The notes: a model not told the origin generated them from the sequence alone. A DNA stretch of 64,000 bases from Eledone cirrhosa (GCA_964016885.1 OZ024761.1:23064001-23128000), one strand, 5' to 3'; counted from the stretch's first letter, positions 28,672 to 41,455 are shown. Translations and numbers: made by a program.

Positions 28672-28987
28672 TTAAATCCCGCTAAGGTTAACTTTGCCTT
28701 TCTTTGCACCAGTAATACACTGGGGTAATTGCTGGCCTTGTGCCAAAAGTAGGAACAATTATTTTAACGAGTTTATATCCCGTTGAGGTTAACTTTGCCT
28801 TTCATCCTTACGAGGTCGATAAAATAAAGAACCAGTAATACACTGGTGTAATTGCTAGCCTTGTGCCAAATGTAGAAACAATAATTTTAACAGAGACGCT
28901 ATAGCACGACCCCTTAACTATATACAATAAAGAATTTACTATATCTCTTATAGATATAGACCCAGCATACCTTTAATTGTAGCACTT

Positions 28988-29292
28988 ATAATTCACTCTA
29001 CCAGCTTTAATTAACTCCAAAAAATATAAAATAAAATAAAGTAATGTTTTACCCAGTGTGTTTCAGCATGATATTTCAGGGTTAAAACACCCTTTTCAAA
29101 TGTGAAGCAGACACAGTTCAAAACAAAAGCAAACATTCGATGTGTTCTTCCTTAACTGGCCATTTTGAACCATATCTGCTTCACATTTGAAAAGAGTGTT
29201 ATAGTTCTGAAATATCATGCTGAAACACATTGGGCGAAACATTACTTTATTTTGCTTTGTTTGGGTTAATTAACGCTGGTAGAGTTAATTAT
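28988..29292. repeat. Imperfect ~120-bp-arm inverted repeat
   Basis: ctctaccagc..aaataaagtaatgttt..cagcatgatatttcag..cttttcaaatgtgaagcaga mirrored by tctgcttcacatttgaaaag..ctgaaatatcatgctg..aaacattactttattt..gctggtagag. Confidence 0.8.
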
Positions 29293-30071
29293 GAGTGGTA
29301 CAATTAATTATGAGTGGTAGAATTGATTATGGGTGATAGACTTAACTCAAAGACATGTCAAAAAGTACAACTATCTGGCTCTTGGGGCCCTTTAGCGGAG
29401 CCCTTTCTGATGCAAGTGCTAGCATTTGGACGAGGTGTTCAGTTTGAGAATATCTTCCTTCCTCACTCCTGTTTCTAAGGCCCTGGAAAAAGTGTGTTTA
29501 CGTGTGGGTGTCTAGGGCGTTTATAGGCACTGCCCTTCCTTCCCTGACTAAAGAGTTAAAGTTAGAAAAGGCAAAACAAAGCAAAATATGTTTGTTTAAG
29601 AAAAAAAAAAATCTTCTTTGCTTTCAATCTTAGTTTAGACTTCAAACAAAATTAAAATAATTTTTTAAGAAAATAATAATAATTAATCAAATTAAATTAA
29701 TTTGTAAACATCTTCGTTTAATTAATTTGCGTTTTCTCCAGCCATGTTCATCAACATATATGTAGAAGGAGTGAAAAGGGGAAGAGTGACAAAGGGAAGG
29801 GGGAAACCCATTTTTTAACTTGAGAGCAGAGTGGAGATAACTTATGGCAGGCTTATAGTTTATAGCAAGGGTTAGATGTAATAAGATAGGAGCGGATGAG
29901 TGGTTTGGGGCCAGTGAGGACGGGGGCACCTAGTATATTTAAAATCAATATATTAGAACTACAAACCCTCATCTTTAGGAATGACGATTTGACATAGAAT
30001 GAAGGAATGAATCTTTAAGTTTGATATCTTTTACTCTAACTTTCTCTCCTTCTCTCTCTCACTCTCTCTGC

Positions 30072-30112
<41 letters not shown>

Positions 30113-30292
30113 CATACATATATATATACATATATATATACATATATATATACATATATATACACATATATATATACACATATATATACACATATATACA
30201 TACATATATATATATACATATATATACATATATATATACATACATGTGTATATATATATATGTATGTATGCATATGTATATATATATGGGTA

Positions 30293-30346
<54 letters not shown>

Positions 30347-30622
30347 TACCCATATACACACACACACATACACATATGTGTATATATATATATGTATGTA
30401 TGCATATATATATATATGGGTATATGTGTGTGTATATATATATATCGTTATGTTTTCTTTCTTTCTCTTCTTCGCCTGGATTTCTTTTCTCTCATGCTGT
30501 AATTTATATTTATTTATTCTTTTTTATTCCTTTCCTTCTTCCTTTCTTTCTTTAATTTTTTCTTTCTTTCCACCAACACCATTAAATTATATTATTTCCT
30601 CTCTCTCTCTCTTACACACTAT

Positions 30623-30746
<124 letters not shown>

Positions 30747-31605
30747 TTTTCTCTCTCTCTCTATATATATATATTTTTTTCTCTCTCACTCTTCCCTTCA
30801 TAATATCAATCTCATTTTGATGCGAATGCTACCACCACCATTACTGCTGCTACTACTGTTACTCCTTCTTCTCCCCCTCCACCTCCTCCTCCTCCTCCTA
30901 CTGCTACTGCTACTACTACTACTACTACTAATGATGATGATGATAGTGCTATCTTTTATTGGCCACCATGGACAAAGATATTGCAGAACAATTCAAGTGT
31001 AAAGGCAACATAAAATGGCGGTTATATTGAATAAAGGAATGAAAGGGGAGATAACCAGTGCCTAAAACAATACATATAAACAATAACAATAACAAAAATT
31101 GTAATAAATAGTCATAACAAATGTCAGCTAAGACCAATTCTCCAATAGGGGAGGGGTAGGCTACATTTTAGGGTGATTCCAGTGGGAACTTTACACAAAA
31201 CGTCCAGTGTGCTCGGACACCACATGTGCATGGGAAGCACCGTCTTCCGGTTTCTTTTCCCTTGTTTAGAGAGGTATGATCAAATTTGGCTCATTTGGCT
31301 TCGTTGATCTTGCTGTTCTGACATATCTTTTCATAAAACATACAATCTGTGTGTGTGTATGGAGGGATGGAGGGATGGAGGCATGGAGGGATGGAGGGAT
31401 GGAGGCATGGAGGGATGGAGGGATGGAGGCATGGAGGGATGGAGGGATAGAGGGGTTGATGGATGGATGGCTGGATGGATCGATGGATGAATAGATAGAT
31501 AGATAGATGGAGGTTAACTTTGCCTTTCATCCTTACGGGGTCGATAAAATAAAGTACCAGTAATACACTGGGATAATTGCTGGCCTTGTGCCTAAAGTAG
31601 AAACA

Positions 31606-31658
<53 letters not shown>

Positions 31659-32630
31659 AATCCCGCCGAGGTTAACTTTGCCTTTCATCCTTACGAGGTC
31701 GATAACATAAAGTACCAGTAATACACTGGTATAATTGCTGGCCTTGTGCCAAAAGTAGAAACAATTATTATTATTATTTTTATTGTTATTTTAATTGTGG
31801 TCAGGGCCATGTTTATAATAATGATGATGTTCATGATGATGATGATGGAGTCTATCATGGCGGTGACAATGGTTTTTAGAGATTTCACCAGAAACTACTA
31901 TATATAGCACAAGCCAGACAAAGTCTGTTACAATACACTAATGGAAATTACTGGGTTTAAAAAATATATATATATATTTATATATATACATATATATATA
32001 TATATTTATATATATACATATATATATATATATTTGTATATATATATACACATATATATTTGTATATATATATATATACATATATATATAAATATACATA
32101 TATATATATATATATTTAAATTTATGTTTATATTTATTTACTCAATTTTTTATTGCACAATTCCTTTTTGGGAAGCTTTTTTTTTTTCTTATTTTTTCTC
32201 TTAAAACATACGATTTTAAATTAATTTTATTTTTGTAATTTTGTATTTTTTTACATTGAAATAACCTTTTATAAAGTAAGACATCTTTAAATAATTATTT
32301 TATTTCAAATAGTTTAAAATTATACAAGAAATACATAATTAAAATATAACTGTTTGCTATAGTGTGATGATTTGTTTGTTATGTTTGTTTTTTACGTTTG
32401 TTGTTAGGTTCCTTGTTTTTTTGTTTGCTTTCTTTATGTAGGTAAGTGTCATGTTAGGGCATCGACTTGGTTTAAATTTCACCAGAAATCGATTTTTCCT
32501 TTTACTTTTTCGAGATCGATAAATCTAGTATCAATTATATACTGGGTTCGACTCTTCCACTATATACACCTCCCTTCTATATTATTTTATGATATATATA
32601 TATATATATATATGTGTACACACACACACG

Positions 32631-32733
<103 letters not shown>

Positions 32734-33981
32734 TGGTAAAAGGAAAAGAAAATGCTGACAAATTGTTCCCAGTGAAAAGTAGTTTAATTAGTCATAAGTA
32801 TTGGTTAGTATTCAGTTTTGGTTTTAAGTTTTACCGGTTGCGCATTTCTAATGCTTTTCAAAAATAATTTTGAGATAGAGCGCCCGTGATGTTTGCTCTA
32901 ATATACATATAATATATGTAAATATATGTATTGCAAAAATATTGATGTAATTCAATTGAAGAACTCAACGTGCATCGTCTTTGAAATATGTATCACAGCC
33001 TTATCAATATAAGACTTTATCATCTAAACTTTGTAAAATATATATATATATATGATATAATATAATATAATATAATATAATATAATATAATATAATATAT
33101 ATATGTACACTGTAAATGTGGTTAGTGTTAGGGAGGGCATCCAGCCATAGAAAACCTGCCAGAAACAGTTCTGTACAAGCAGGACACGGTCACCCGACCA
33201 ATCTTACCTCAAGTGGGACAAACCCATCCAATCCAAGCTGGCATGGAAGATGGACGTTGGACGACGATGATGATGATGATGATGATGACGATGACAACGA
33301 TGTTGGTGATGATGATGATAAAAGTAACGAAAATCGCTGGTATTAAGTCAACATTCTCTGGTTAGTGTCTAGCTCACAATTGCAGTAATGCAGCTGCAAT
33401 TAGCTGTTCAGAGTGCACACATTTAGTTAATAGCACAGACACACACAGCTATATAGATATAAATAATAAGATACAGTAAACACAACTCAGATCACTTGAC
33501 AGAGAATGGTATTTCAATTACCCCCCAAAAAAAATTTACAAGGAAAATTACAACAAATCTATCAAGAGTGTTGTGTTCTTGTGACAGACGGACAAAAAAA
33601 GATTGTACAATTAATATATCAATTAGAGGTACGAGAGTCTAATTAGAATTGTAGTAAGTAGTAAAACACTTAATGAGACAAACACGGTGACTTTAATTAA
33701 CAAAAAACACGGCACAAGTGTATTCAATTAATATAATTAGAAAACCCTATCATTAGGCGCGTTATTAATAGAGCTAAACATTGATATTTGATAATTATTG
33801 ATATGTTTATTATAACAAATGAATACAACTGGAATGTTTGAAATAATTTTGCTATTATTAATGTTCATTTTCACCATGTATGTATGATGTATGTATGTAT
33901 CCAAAAGCGTGTAAATATGTATATACACATGTACATATGTATGTATATGTGTATATACATGGGTGCATGTGTATGTGTATG

Positions 33982-34522
33982 CGCGGGGACATAGAAATAG
34001 TCGAGCTGGACACCCGATCGCGTGGTTAAGCCACTGGGAGTGAAGGACTCCTAGCCTTTGTCAGGGCATTCTTCTAGGAGAAGGCAACTCAGGAAACTAG
34101 GATAACTCCGATATAAAACCTGCGGCTCAGTAGTAACCGATGATGTTGATCTTTTCTTCTTTTCGTGTTATAGCTACTGTCGCTGAGAGAGTGGGATTGG
34201 CTCAGTGCACAGTCTTTTCTCATTAAAAAAAAATCTTCACGCACAGGCATTGCACGATAGAATTAATTAATTGTTTCTACTTTTGGCACAAGGCCAGTAA
34301 TTACCCAGTACATTACTGGTACTTTATTTTATCGACCCCGTAAGGATGAAAGGCAAAGTTAACCTCGGCGGGATTTGAACTCAGATCGTAAAGGGACGTA
34401 ACTATGCTGGAAAGCATGGCGTCCGACTCTCTACCGATACTGCCAATTCAAATTAATAATTATTAATAAAGGTATATCGTGCAATGGCCATACTCAATAA
34501 CGAGAGGGCAGCCAGCCATCAT
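33982..34522 (+). mobile_element. Non-autonomous dispersed element interrupted by a Nin-SINE (~34268-34450, minus)
   Basis: Uninterrupted copy on the minus strand at 54446-54790; contains ctaggagaaggcaactc, which recalls RTE-type 5' UTRs. Confidence 0.65.
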
Positions 34523-34611
34523 ATCATGTATGTATGTATGTATGTATGTATGTATGTATGTATGTATGTATGTATGTATGTATGTATGTATGTACGTCTG
34601 TCTGTCTGTCT

Positions 34612-35030
34612 CTTAATTTCGAGTACATTTTTGACTGACCACCTTCCGGGTGGCAAGGTTGTAAAAGAAAAGAAATTGTCATCTCTTGAATCGCAGCAAT
34701 GTTTTGCAAATTTTGAAGGTGCCAGCTATCGCGGCCATTTGTAGACTATTCAAGTTCAGTCATACTTTGGTCCTAATGGATTGGTATGTAACCTGTAGCT
34801 CCAATAATGATGGGTATGAAGCTGAAGGTGTATCTTGGATACTGGATCTGCAAACTCCTCATCAATGGTCCATAGATGTCCTCCTTCTCTTGTATTTTTC
34901 TTACATTGACATCAAGTGGGCAGCTGATCTCCACAACAGAACACGTTTTCAATGTGTGGTCCCAAACAACAATACTAGGCCAGTTGTGCTTTCATTTGGT
35001 GGCAGTTGTTATTTTCAGGTTCCACCAGTT
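34612..35030 (-). pseudogene. 3' fragment of an RLE-clade (R4/Dong-like) non-LTR retrotransposon
   Basis: Minus translation NWWNLKITTATK*KHNWPSIVVWDHTLKTCSVVEISCPLDVNVRKIQEKEDIYGPLMRSLQIQYPRYTFSFIPIIIGATG ... LQMAAIAGTFKICKTLLRFKR*, a decayed restriction-like endonuclease; (GTCT)n on both sides. Confidence 0.75.
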
Positions 35031-35397
35031 GTCTGTCTGTATGTCTGCCTGTCTGCCCGCCTGCCTGCCTGCCTGCCTGTCTGTCTGTCTGTCTGATGTC
35101 TGTCTGTATGTCTGCCTGCCTGCCCGCCTGTCTGCCTGCCTGTCTGTCTGTCTGTCTGATGTCTGCCTGTCTGCCTGCCTGTCTGCCTGCCTGCCTGTCT
35201 GTCTGATGTCTGTCTGTCTGTCTGTCTGCCTGCCTGCCTGCCTGTCTGTCTGTCTGTCTGATGTCTGCCTGTCTGCCTGCCTGTCTGCCTGCCTGCCTGT
35301 CTGTCTGATGTCTGTCTGTCTGTCTGTCTGCCTGCCTGCCTGCCTGTCTGTCTGTCTGTCTGATGTCTGTCTGTCTGTCTGCCTGGCTGTCTGTCTG
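35031..35397. repeat. (GTCT/GCCT)n microsatellite; resumes at 41009-41092
   Basis: Direct reading. Confidence 0.95.
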
Positions 35398-35571
35398 AGG
35401 ATAGTAGACGTGTGTCATATCGCTCTGTGATTTGGATTTTTACCTGCTAATTTTGTGAGTGGATTTTTTTGAATTATTTTGTATAATTAACTGTAACCCC
35501 TAGTCTGGGACTCTAGACGTCGGGTAAATATATTTTCACCCCTTTTGGGGTGAAAAATAAATATTTGAGAA

Positions 35572-37323
35572 ATGTTTATCGATATCGTTGTTAACGATAT
35601 CGTCGAAAACGATATCGCCATATTGGAAGCGAACGCCACGCCGACCAAAAAAACAAGCGGGAAAGAGGGAACAACAGTTCAAACTGTTGAACAACCCCTC
35701 CTCTCCAATGAAAGAAAGAATTTCAATTCAAATGAAAAAATTAATTTTCAAGAAAAAAATAACACCACAAATAAGGAAACCAACAACATTACAACAACAA
35801 ACAAAGACAAAATTTCTTTTGCCCAAACACTCAAGAGAGCCACGGAGTACAAAGCCATTGACATCACGAACGCCAAGGAAAATTTGCTAGAGGCTAGAAA
35901 ATACGTATCTTTTGGGGTGGATGGTTCCTTTACGATCAACTCCCCAGAAGAAGTGCGTGAACAGATTTACAAGAATACCGTAAGCTTCAGAACCATAACC
36001 AACGAAACGAGAAAGCCAGCGCAATTGACCGAAAGTCAAATCGAGCTGGTTCTGAAAGAAATTAAAAATGACATACTCTTTATTCAAAGAGGAAAGCTGT
36101 ATGCCAGCATTATGGTCCGAATGAAGGACGAAATGCTGGCTCAGAAATATTCGGTGGCACCTATAGTGTCACCACAATACACCTTCTTCCCCACATATAA
36201 AGGAAGAAGAACACAAAGGATAAGAATGTGGAGCCCTACGCCAGAAATTAACATCTGGTCCGTCCTAACAGGATTTACCGACCTAGATAAGGACATACTA
36301 ATTTCAGCAGGGGAGTCCACCAGTGGACTGTTCGGGGGGAAAAGTCTGGAGGTTCTCTTACAGATGACACCTGAGAGAATCTCCGGAATACCCGACCGAG
36401 TGCTACTGGATGGGCGAACCTACATAAATATCACAGTGGAAGGCAGGAGACCCTCATGTTACCACTGCGCTGGCAGAGGTCACCTGAGGACGGCCTGCCC
36501 TCTACTAACAACTAAAAAACCACTGCTACAAACACCACAACAACAACAAAAACAACCAGCACCACCATCACAAAAACAACAAAATACACTACCATCTCCA
36601 CCAGAACAACAAAAACCAACAACACCACCACCACCACAACAACAACAACATCAACAACAGCTCAAGAAAACAACCCAAAACACGGTCCCACCCAGCCCCA
36701 CCCCACAGAACACAAATACAAAAACAGTTCATACACAACCCGGAGATATACCCCTCCCCTCCAATACGGAAGAGGAGCTCATATCGTCGGAAGACGAGGG
36801 GGCTCCCTTCCAAAAAGTGAAAAGAAAAAAACGTACACACACCACAACAACAAAAATAACCCCACCTGACAACACAACACAGACAATAAAACGCAAACTC
36901 ACTCAACAACAACAAGCAAAAACAAACACAACAACACAAAAACTCTACACATACATAAACAAAAACAATGAAAACCTAACTTTAAAAATAGAAACCAACC
37001 CTTCGATACAAACCGAAGGGCCGAATTTCGTAACGGCAATGGGGCTCCCTAACCTGAAAATGGTGAAAATCCCACTTGACATTTTTAAAACTTTAAAAGA
37101 CATGTACCCTGAGGACGTGGGCCCACCCTGCACCAGGCCACTCAACCGCGTCCTCCTGAAAGGTTTTCCCCTCCCCTCCTCAAACACCCACACAACTCCA
37201 AAGATCCCAACCCCTCCACACACCAATACCCCCACACCACCACAAACCACCACCCCACCCATCAACCCCGCCACCAGCCCCATGGAAACTGAGCGACCCG
37301 AACCCCGGGACGCAGAGAGGTAA
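35572..37323 (+). CDS. LINE ORF1 (gag-like, CCHC zinc knuckle)
   Basis: 583 aa; CYHCAGRGHLRTAC knuckle followed by a P/Q/T-rich tail and FQKVKRKKR; ends 23 bp upstream of ORF2. Confidence 0.85.
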   Translation: MFIDIVVNDIVENDIAILEANATPTKKTSGKEGTTVQTVEQPLLSNERKNFNSNEKINFQEKNNTTNKETNNITTTNKDKISFAQTLKRATEYKAIDITNAKENLLEARKYVSFGVDGSFTINSPEEVREQIYKNTVSFRTITNETRKPAQLTESQIELVLKEIKNDILFIQRGKLYASIMVRMKDEMLAQKYSVAPIVSPQYTFFPTYKGRRTQRIRMWSPTPEINIWSVLTGFTDLDKDILISAGESTSGLFGGKSLEVLLQMTPERISGIPDRVLLDGRTYINITVEGRRPSCYHCAGRGHLRTACPLLTTKKPLLQTPQQQQKQPAPPSQKQQNTLPSPPEQQKPTTPPPPQQQQHQQQLKKTTQNTVPPSPTPQNTNTKTVHTQPGDIPLPSNTEEELISSEDEGAPFQKVKRKKRTHTTTTKITPPDNTTQTIKRKLTQQQQAKTNTTTQKLYTYINKNNENLTLKIETNPSIQTEGPNFVTAMGLPNLKMVKIPLDIFKTLKDMYPEDVGPPCTRPLNRVLLKGFPLPSSNTHTTPKIPTPPHTNTPTPPQTTTPPINPATSPMETERPEPRDAER

Positions 37324-37346
37324 GTGCCTCTTTCTTTGCCACCAAC

Positions 37347-40300
37347 ATGGCTGTCTTAAGAGTGGGTTGTCTAAATGCGCGTGGCCTGGGCTCACCTTGG
37401 AAGCAAGCTAAACTTCTAAGTGACCTCAGGTCACAATGTGTAAATGTGATGGTTATTTGCGAGGCCCGGATCAGCAGCATGCAACAGCTAACCCCCACCT
37501 TTGATGACTTTGAGATGCACGCATCTCTCTGTCAGCCCGGAGGTGGGGGTGGGGTTGTCGTTCTGCTGCAAAAACATCTGGGTCTCGCTACACAGACGGT
37601 ACACTTGGACCCGGAGGGTCGACTCGTGGTTCTGGACCTTGGCAATGGCGAAGGCGAAGCTTTTAGGCTTGTCGCCGTATACGCCCCTTTTGGGGCAATG
37701 CGGTCGGACTTCTTCCATCGTCTGGAGACTTTTCTAGGGACGTCCCGCTCCTTGCTTTTAGTGGGGGACTGGAATGGTATCCTAGATGCACGTTGGGACT
37801 ATGTAGGGGCATGTCCCGATAGAGGGGGGTGTAACAGCCTTAAGGGGTTAATCGGCCGATTCGACCTGGCCGATAGATACCGACTAGATTTTCCGACTGT
37901 ACCAACCTGGACCTGGTCAAATAACAGTGGTCAATCTAGATCGTACCTAGATAGGTTCTTAGTTAGAATTAAGGATAGGGACTTTTTAAGTTGTCCAGAA
38001 ATGCTCATGGTGGGCTATTCAGACCACAAGTTAGTGACCTGCGTAGTCCACCTTGATAGAACGCATAGGCAGGGGCCCGGTTACTGGAAGCTCAACTTGT
38101 CCTTACCGGCAAGTAGAGCCTACAGGGACCGGATTAGAACCTTAGTTAAGGAGCAGTTGACGGGCGCCATCGTCAACAACAGGTGGTGGGGCTCTCTAAA
38201 AAGAGAGATTAGAGTAGTTTCAATAGGAGTTAGTAAGGAGTTAGCCTCAGATAGAAATAGGAAGGAAAGGGAGTTGGTAGTTAATGTTGAAGAGGCAATG
38301 AGAAGCGGCAACGTGGCCAGAGTGCAAGCGTCGAGAACGGTCTTGAACCAGTTCTTCGACGCGAAACACGAAGGCTGCGTTGTCCGAAGCAAAATACGTG
38401 CTCTGGGAAACGAGGGGACCAAAGCTGTTAGCTGGGCCCGCGTGACAGAAGCGAAAAGTGGGATTAAATCCACTATCCGGTCTTTGCGAGACCAGGATGG
38501 ACGGCTGATCCTTGAACCTAAGCAAATGTGCGAAGCCTTTCAAAGGCACTTTGCCCAATTGTTCGGGAGGGGCGGGGAGCCGGTTGGAGATGTGGATTTC
38601 GGTCCATACCTCGACGGCCTGCCGCGTCTTTCGGACAGGGAGGCGAGGTCCTGCGACGGGCCGATCTCAGCGGCTGAAATAGGGGACGTGCTGAGCCTAT
38701 GCGGCAAACGCAAATCTCCAGGACTCGATGGTCTGCCCTACGAACTATATATTAATATGCCGGACTTGTTCCCCGATCTCCTCGAGGCGGTCTACTGCAA
38801 CTGGCAACAGAACAGGAGAATTCCCTGTTCTGTGACCAAGAGCGTAGTCTCGCTAGTGAGGAAGGACGAGAACAAGGGGGATGACATTAGTAATTTTAGG
38901 CCCATAACTCTGCTAAATGCAGAGTTAAAGATTTTGGCGAAGGTGTTAGCGAAGAGGTTGGCGCTTGTCGTGGGGGGCCTGGTGGGAGATGCGCAGACAT
39001 GCGCTATCCCGTCCAGGTCCATCCACGACAACCTCCACCTCATGCGATACATCATAGAGAGGGTTGGGAACGAACCCGGCTTTGGTGGGGCCCTGATAAA
39101 TTTAGATCAGTCTAAAGCGTTCGATAGGGTGGACCATGGTTACCTGGATGCGGTGCTAGCGGCGGCTGGGTTCGGACCCGTTTTCAGGGGCTGGATCACT
39201 GCCATACACAGCAGCCGCATCTGCTCTAGAGTCAAGGTGAACGGCTACCTTTCGGAGCCGTTCGAAATCACCCGCTCCATCCGACAGGGGTGCCCTCTCT
39301 CCTCCCTTCTGTATGTGTTGACTCTCGAGCCATTACTGCGGAAGTTGGAGTTGTTGCAGGGCATCCCTTTGGAACCGGGATTGCGCAAAGCGGTGTCGGC
39401 CTACGCCGATGACGTAACAGTAATGGTGTCGACCGCCTCTGAAATCGAGGCGATCGGCACCTTACTGGAGGAGTACGAAAGGTTGACAGGGGCTAAGCTG
39501 AACCGGGACAAGTCAGTCGCTTTGCAACTCGGCGAGTGGAGGGGCAAAGCGATGTCGTGCGACGGTATCGTCGGACGGTGGACGGAGGGCCCGGTGAAGT
39601 TGCTTGGGGTCTGGTTCGGACCGGACCTCCAGGTGGAGAAAAACTGGGGTGAGGTGACGAATAGGGTGTTTGCACTGACCCAGAAGTGGGCCGAGTGCAA
39701 ACTATCCCTAAAAGGTCGGGCGGAGGTGGCGAACGCTTACATAGCGTCCGTCATCTATTACCGCTTGACTGTCGTGCCTTGCCCGGGTGAGATCCTCGCC
39801 AAAATGGAGCGCGCCCTCTTTTATTTCCTTTGGAAGAAGAGGTCTCCTCTGGTGAGGAGATCCATCTGCTGTCAACACCCTTTGAAAGGAGGGCTGGGGA
39901 TGCCGTGGCTAAAAATGCGTAAACACGCATTGAGGCTAAGGCACCTCCACGTATTCCTCACCGGTCAACCGGTGTGGGCCCCGTTTGTGAGGCGAGCCTT
40001 CCCGAGGCTCGTCTCGCTCACCGAGCTGCAGTCCTGGGTGAAGCAAAGACCGAGAAAACTGGGCGACTGGCACACCGAGTGTGCCCAGGCGCTCACGGCT
40101 CTCTGGCAGGCGGACCCGGCTATCGACGGAGACTCCACCTCGTCATTCTATAGAGGGCTGGTGGTTAGCGGGTGCGACGACGCCCTCGGAGAAGCCCTAG
40201 GCATGGAGGAGGACGAACTGGCCAGTCTATTCGGTAGGACTTTCGGCCCGGGACCTATGGACAACTTCCAGAAGTCCTTGGCCTGGCAGTGCTACCGAGG

Positions 40301-40784
40301 GGCTCTGCCCGTTCGGGATAAGCTCTACAGACACGGGCGCCCGGGTAGGGACCCCTCGAAAAAGATCTGTCCCAGATGCGTGCGCGACGAGGAAACCGTC
40401 GCGCACGCATTGGTGCACTGCCCGGGCGTTGCCGATCTGTGGGGCTATGTCGAACGACTGTTGTCACGGGTGGGACCAATTAGGTTGACCACCGAGTCCA
40501 TTGTAACGATCAAGCCGCCTCCCCCCTTCAAAAATGAAGGAGAGGCGGTCTTCCTCTGTGTAATAGCCATGGTAAAAGAGGCTATATGGTGGACGCGTCT
40601 GAAAGGGCTGAGGTCGGACACCTTTCTCTCCGGCCAACAACTGGTCCTTTTCTTCCGATACCATTTCGGAAGAAGGATCAGGATGGAGAGAGAGGTGCTC
40701 CACTCCAGCCAATTTTATGAAAGATGGGTGAAAGTTGCGAGAATGGCCCGTGTGAATGGGCCTTCTCTCTACCTCAGCCTGTAG
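37347..40784 (+). CDS. LINE ORF2: APE endonuclease, reverse transcriptase and C-terminal CCHC
   Basis: CLNARGL, VYAP, VGDWN, SYLDRFL, SDH, GPGYWKLN, KSPGLDGLP, NFRPITLLN, DQSKAFDRV, IRQGCPLS, AYADDV, CPRC-x8-H-x4-C; no stops. Confidence 0.95.
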   Translation: MAVLRVGCLNARGLGSPWKQAKLLSDLRSQCVNVMVICEARISSMQQLTPTFDDFEMHASLCQPGGGGGVVVLLQKHLGLATQTVHLDPEGRLVVLDLGNGEGEAFRLVAVYAPFGAMRSDFFHRLETFLGTSRSLLLVGDWNGILDARWDYVGACPDRGGCNSLKGLIGRFDLADRYRLDFPTVPTWTWSNNSGQSRSYLDRFLVRIKDRDFLSCPEMLMVGYSDHKLVTCVVHLDRTHRQGPGYWKLNLSLPASRAYRDRIRTLVKEQLTGAIVNNRWWGSLKREIRVVSIGVSKELASDRNRKERELVVNVEEAMRSGNVARVQASRTVLNQFFDAKHEGCVVRSKIRALGNEGTKAVSWARVTEAKSGIKSTIRSLRDQDGRLILEPKQMCEAFQRHFAQLFGRGGEPVGDVDFGPYLDGLPRLSDREARSCDGPISAAEIGDVLSLCGKRKSPGLDGLPYELYINMPDLFPDLLEAVYCNWQQNRRIPCSVTKSVVSLVRKDENKGDDISNFRPITLLNAELKILAKVLAKRLALVVGGLVGDAQTCAIPSRSIHDNLHLMRYIIERVGNEPGFGGALINLDQSKAFDRVDHGYLDAVLAAAGFGPVFRGWITAIHSSRICSRVKVNGYLSEPFEITRSIRQGCPLSSLLYVLTLEPLLRKLELLQGIPLEPGLRKAVSAYADDVTVMVSTASEIEAIGTLLEEYERLTGAKLNRDKSVALQLGEWRGKAMSCDGIVGRWTEGPVKLLGVWFGPDLQVEKNWGEVTNRVFALTQKWAECKLSLKGRAEVANAYIASVIYYRLTVVPCPGEILAKMERALFYFLWKKRSPLVRRSICCQHPLKGGLGMPWLKMRKHALRLRHLHVFLTGQPVWAPFVRRAFPRLVSLTELQSWVKQRPRKLGDWHTECAQALTALWQADPAIDGDSTSSFYRGLVVSGCDDALGEALGMEEDELASLFGRTFGPGPMDNFQKSLAWQCYRGALPVRDKLYRHGRPGRDPSKKICPRCVRDEETVAHALVHCPGVADLWGYVERLLSRVGPIRLTTESIVTIKPPPPFKNEGEAVFLCVIAMVKEAIWWTRLKGLRSDTFLSGQQLVLFFRYHFGRRIRMEREVLHSSQFYERWVKVARMARVNGPSLYLSL

Positions 40785-41375
40785 GTGGAACAGAAAGAAG
40801 GGAGCACCCTCTCTTTGTGCTCCCGTGGAGAAGGGTCGCACACTTTTTTTCGGGGGTGTGTGTGACCCCAAAACGATCCCTCCCTATTGAGGACCTTCTT
40901 GTTATTATTTTGTTTGTTATATTTTTCTTACTCGATTTTTATGTAAACTCCCCCCACCCATGTACATGTCCCTTTCTTTTGTGCCCTAGTGGCAAATAAA
41001 CAGAAATTTGTCTGTCTGTCTGTCTGCCTGCCTGCCTGTCTGTCTGTCTGTCTGTCTGATGTCTGTCTGCCTGTCTGTCTGTCTGTCTGTCTGCATATAT
41101 GTGGATGAACAGAAGCACACAAAAACATATTCATATATATACATATGTATACACACTCATGTGTTTGTATTAGTACACACATCCACAAGCAAGATGGTCG
41201 GACTTTGTTCGTCAGCCATTACCGGCAGTTTGCCAGTTTGCAATTTATTACCTGCGTTATAATATATTCACCTGTATAATTACATATGGAGAGCTCTTAC
41301 TTTAGTGATTACAACCACAAATTCAAGCAACAGTATATATATATATATATGTATGTGTGTATGTGTATATATGTT

Positions 41376-41455
<80 letters not shown>

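Larger units (their letters stand above)
35398..41008 (+). mobile_element. Full-length Tx1/L1-clade LINE
   Basis: 5' UTR, ORF1, ORF2 and 3' UTR with aataaa, flanked on both sides by (GTCT)n. Confidence 0.9.
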
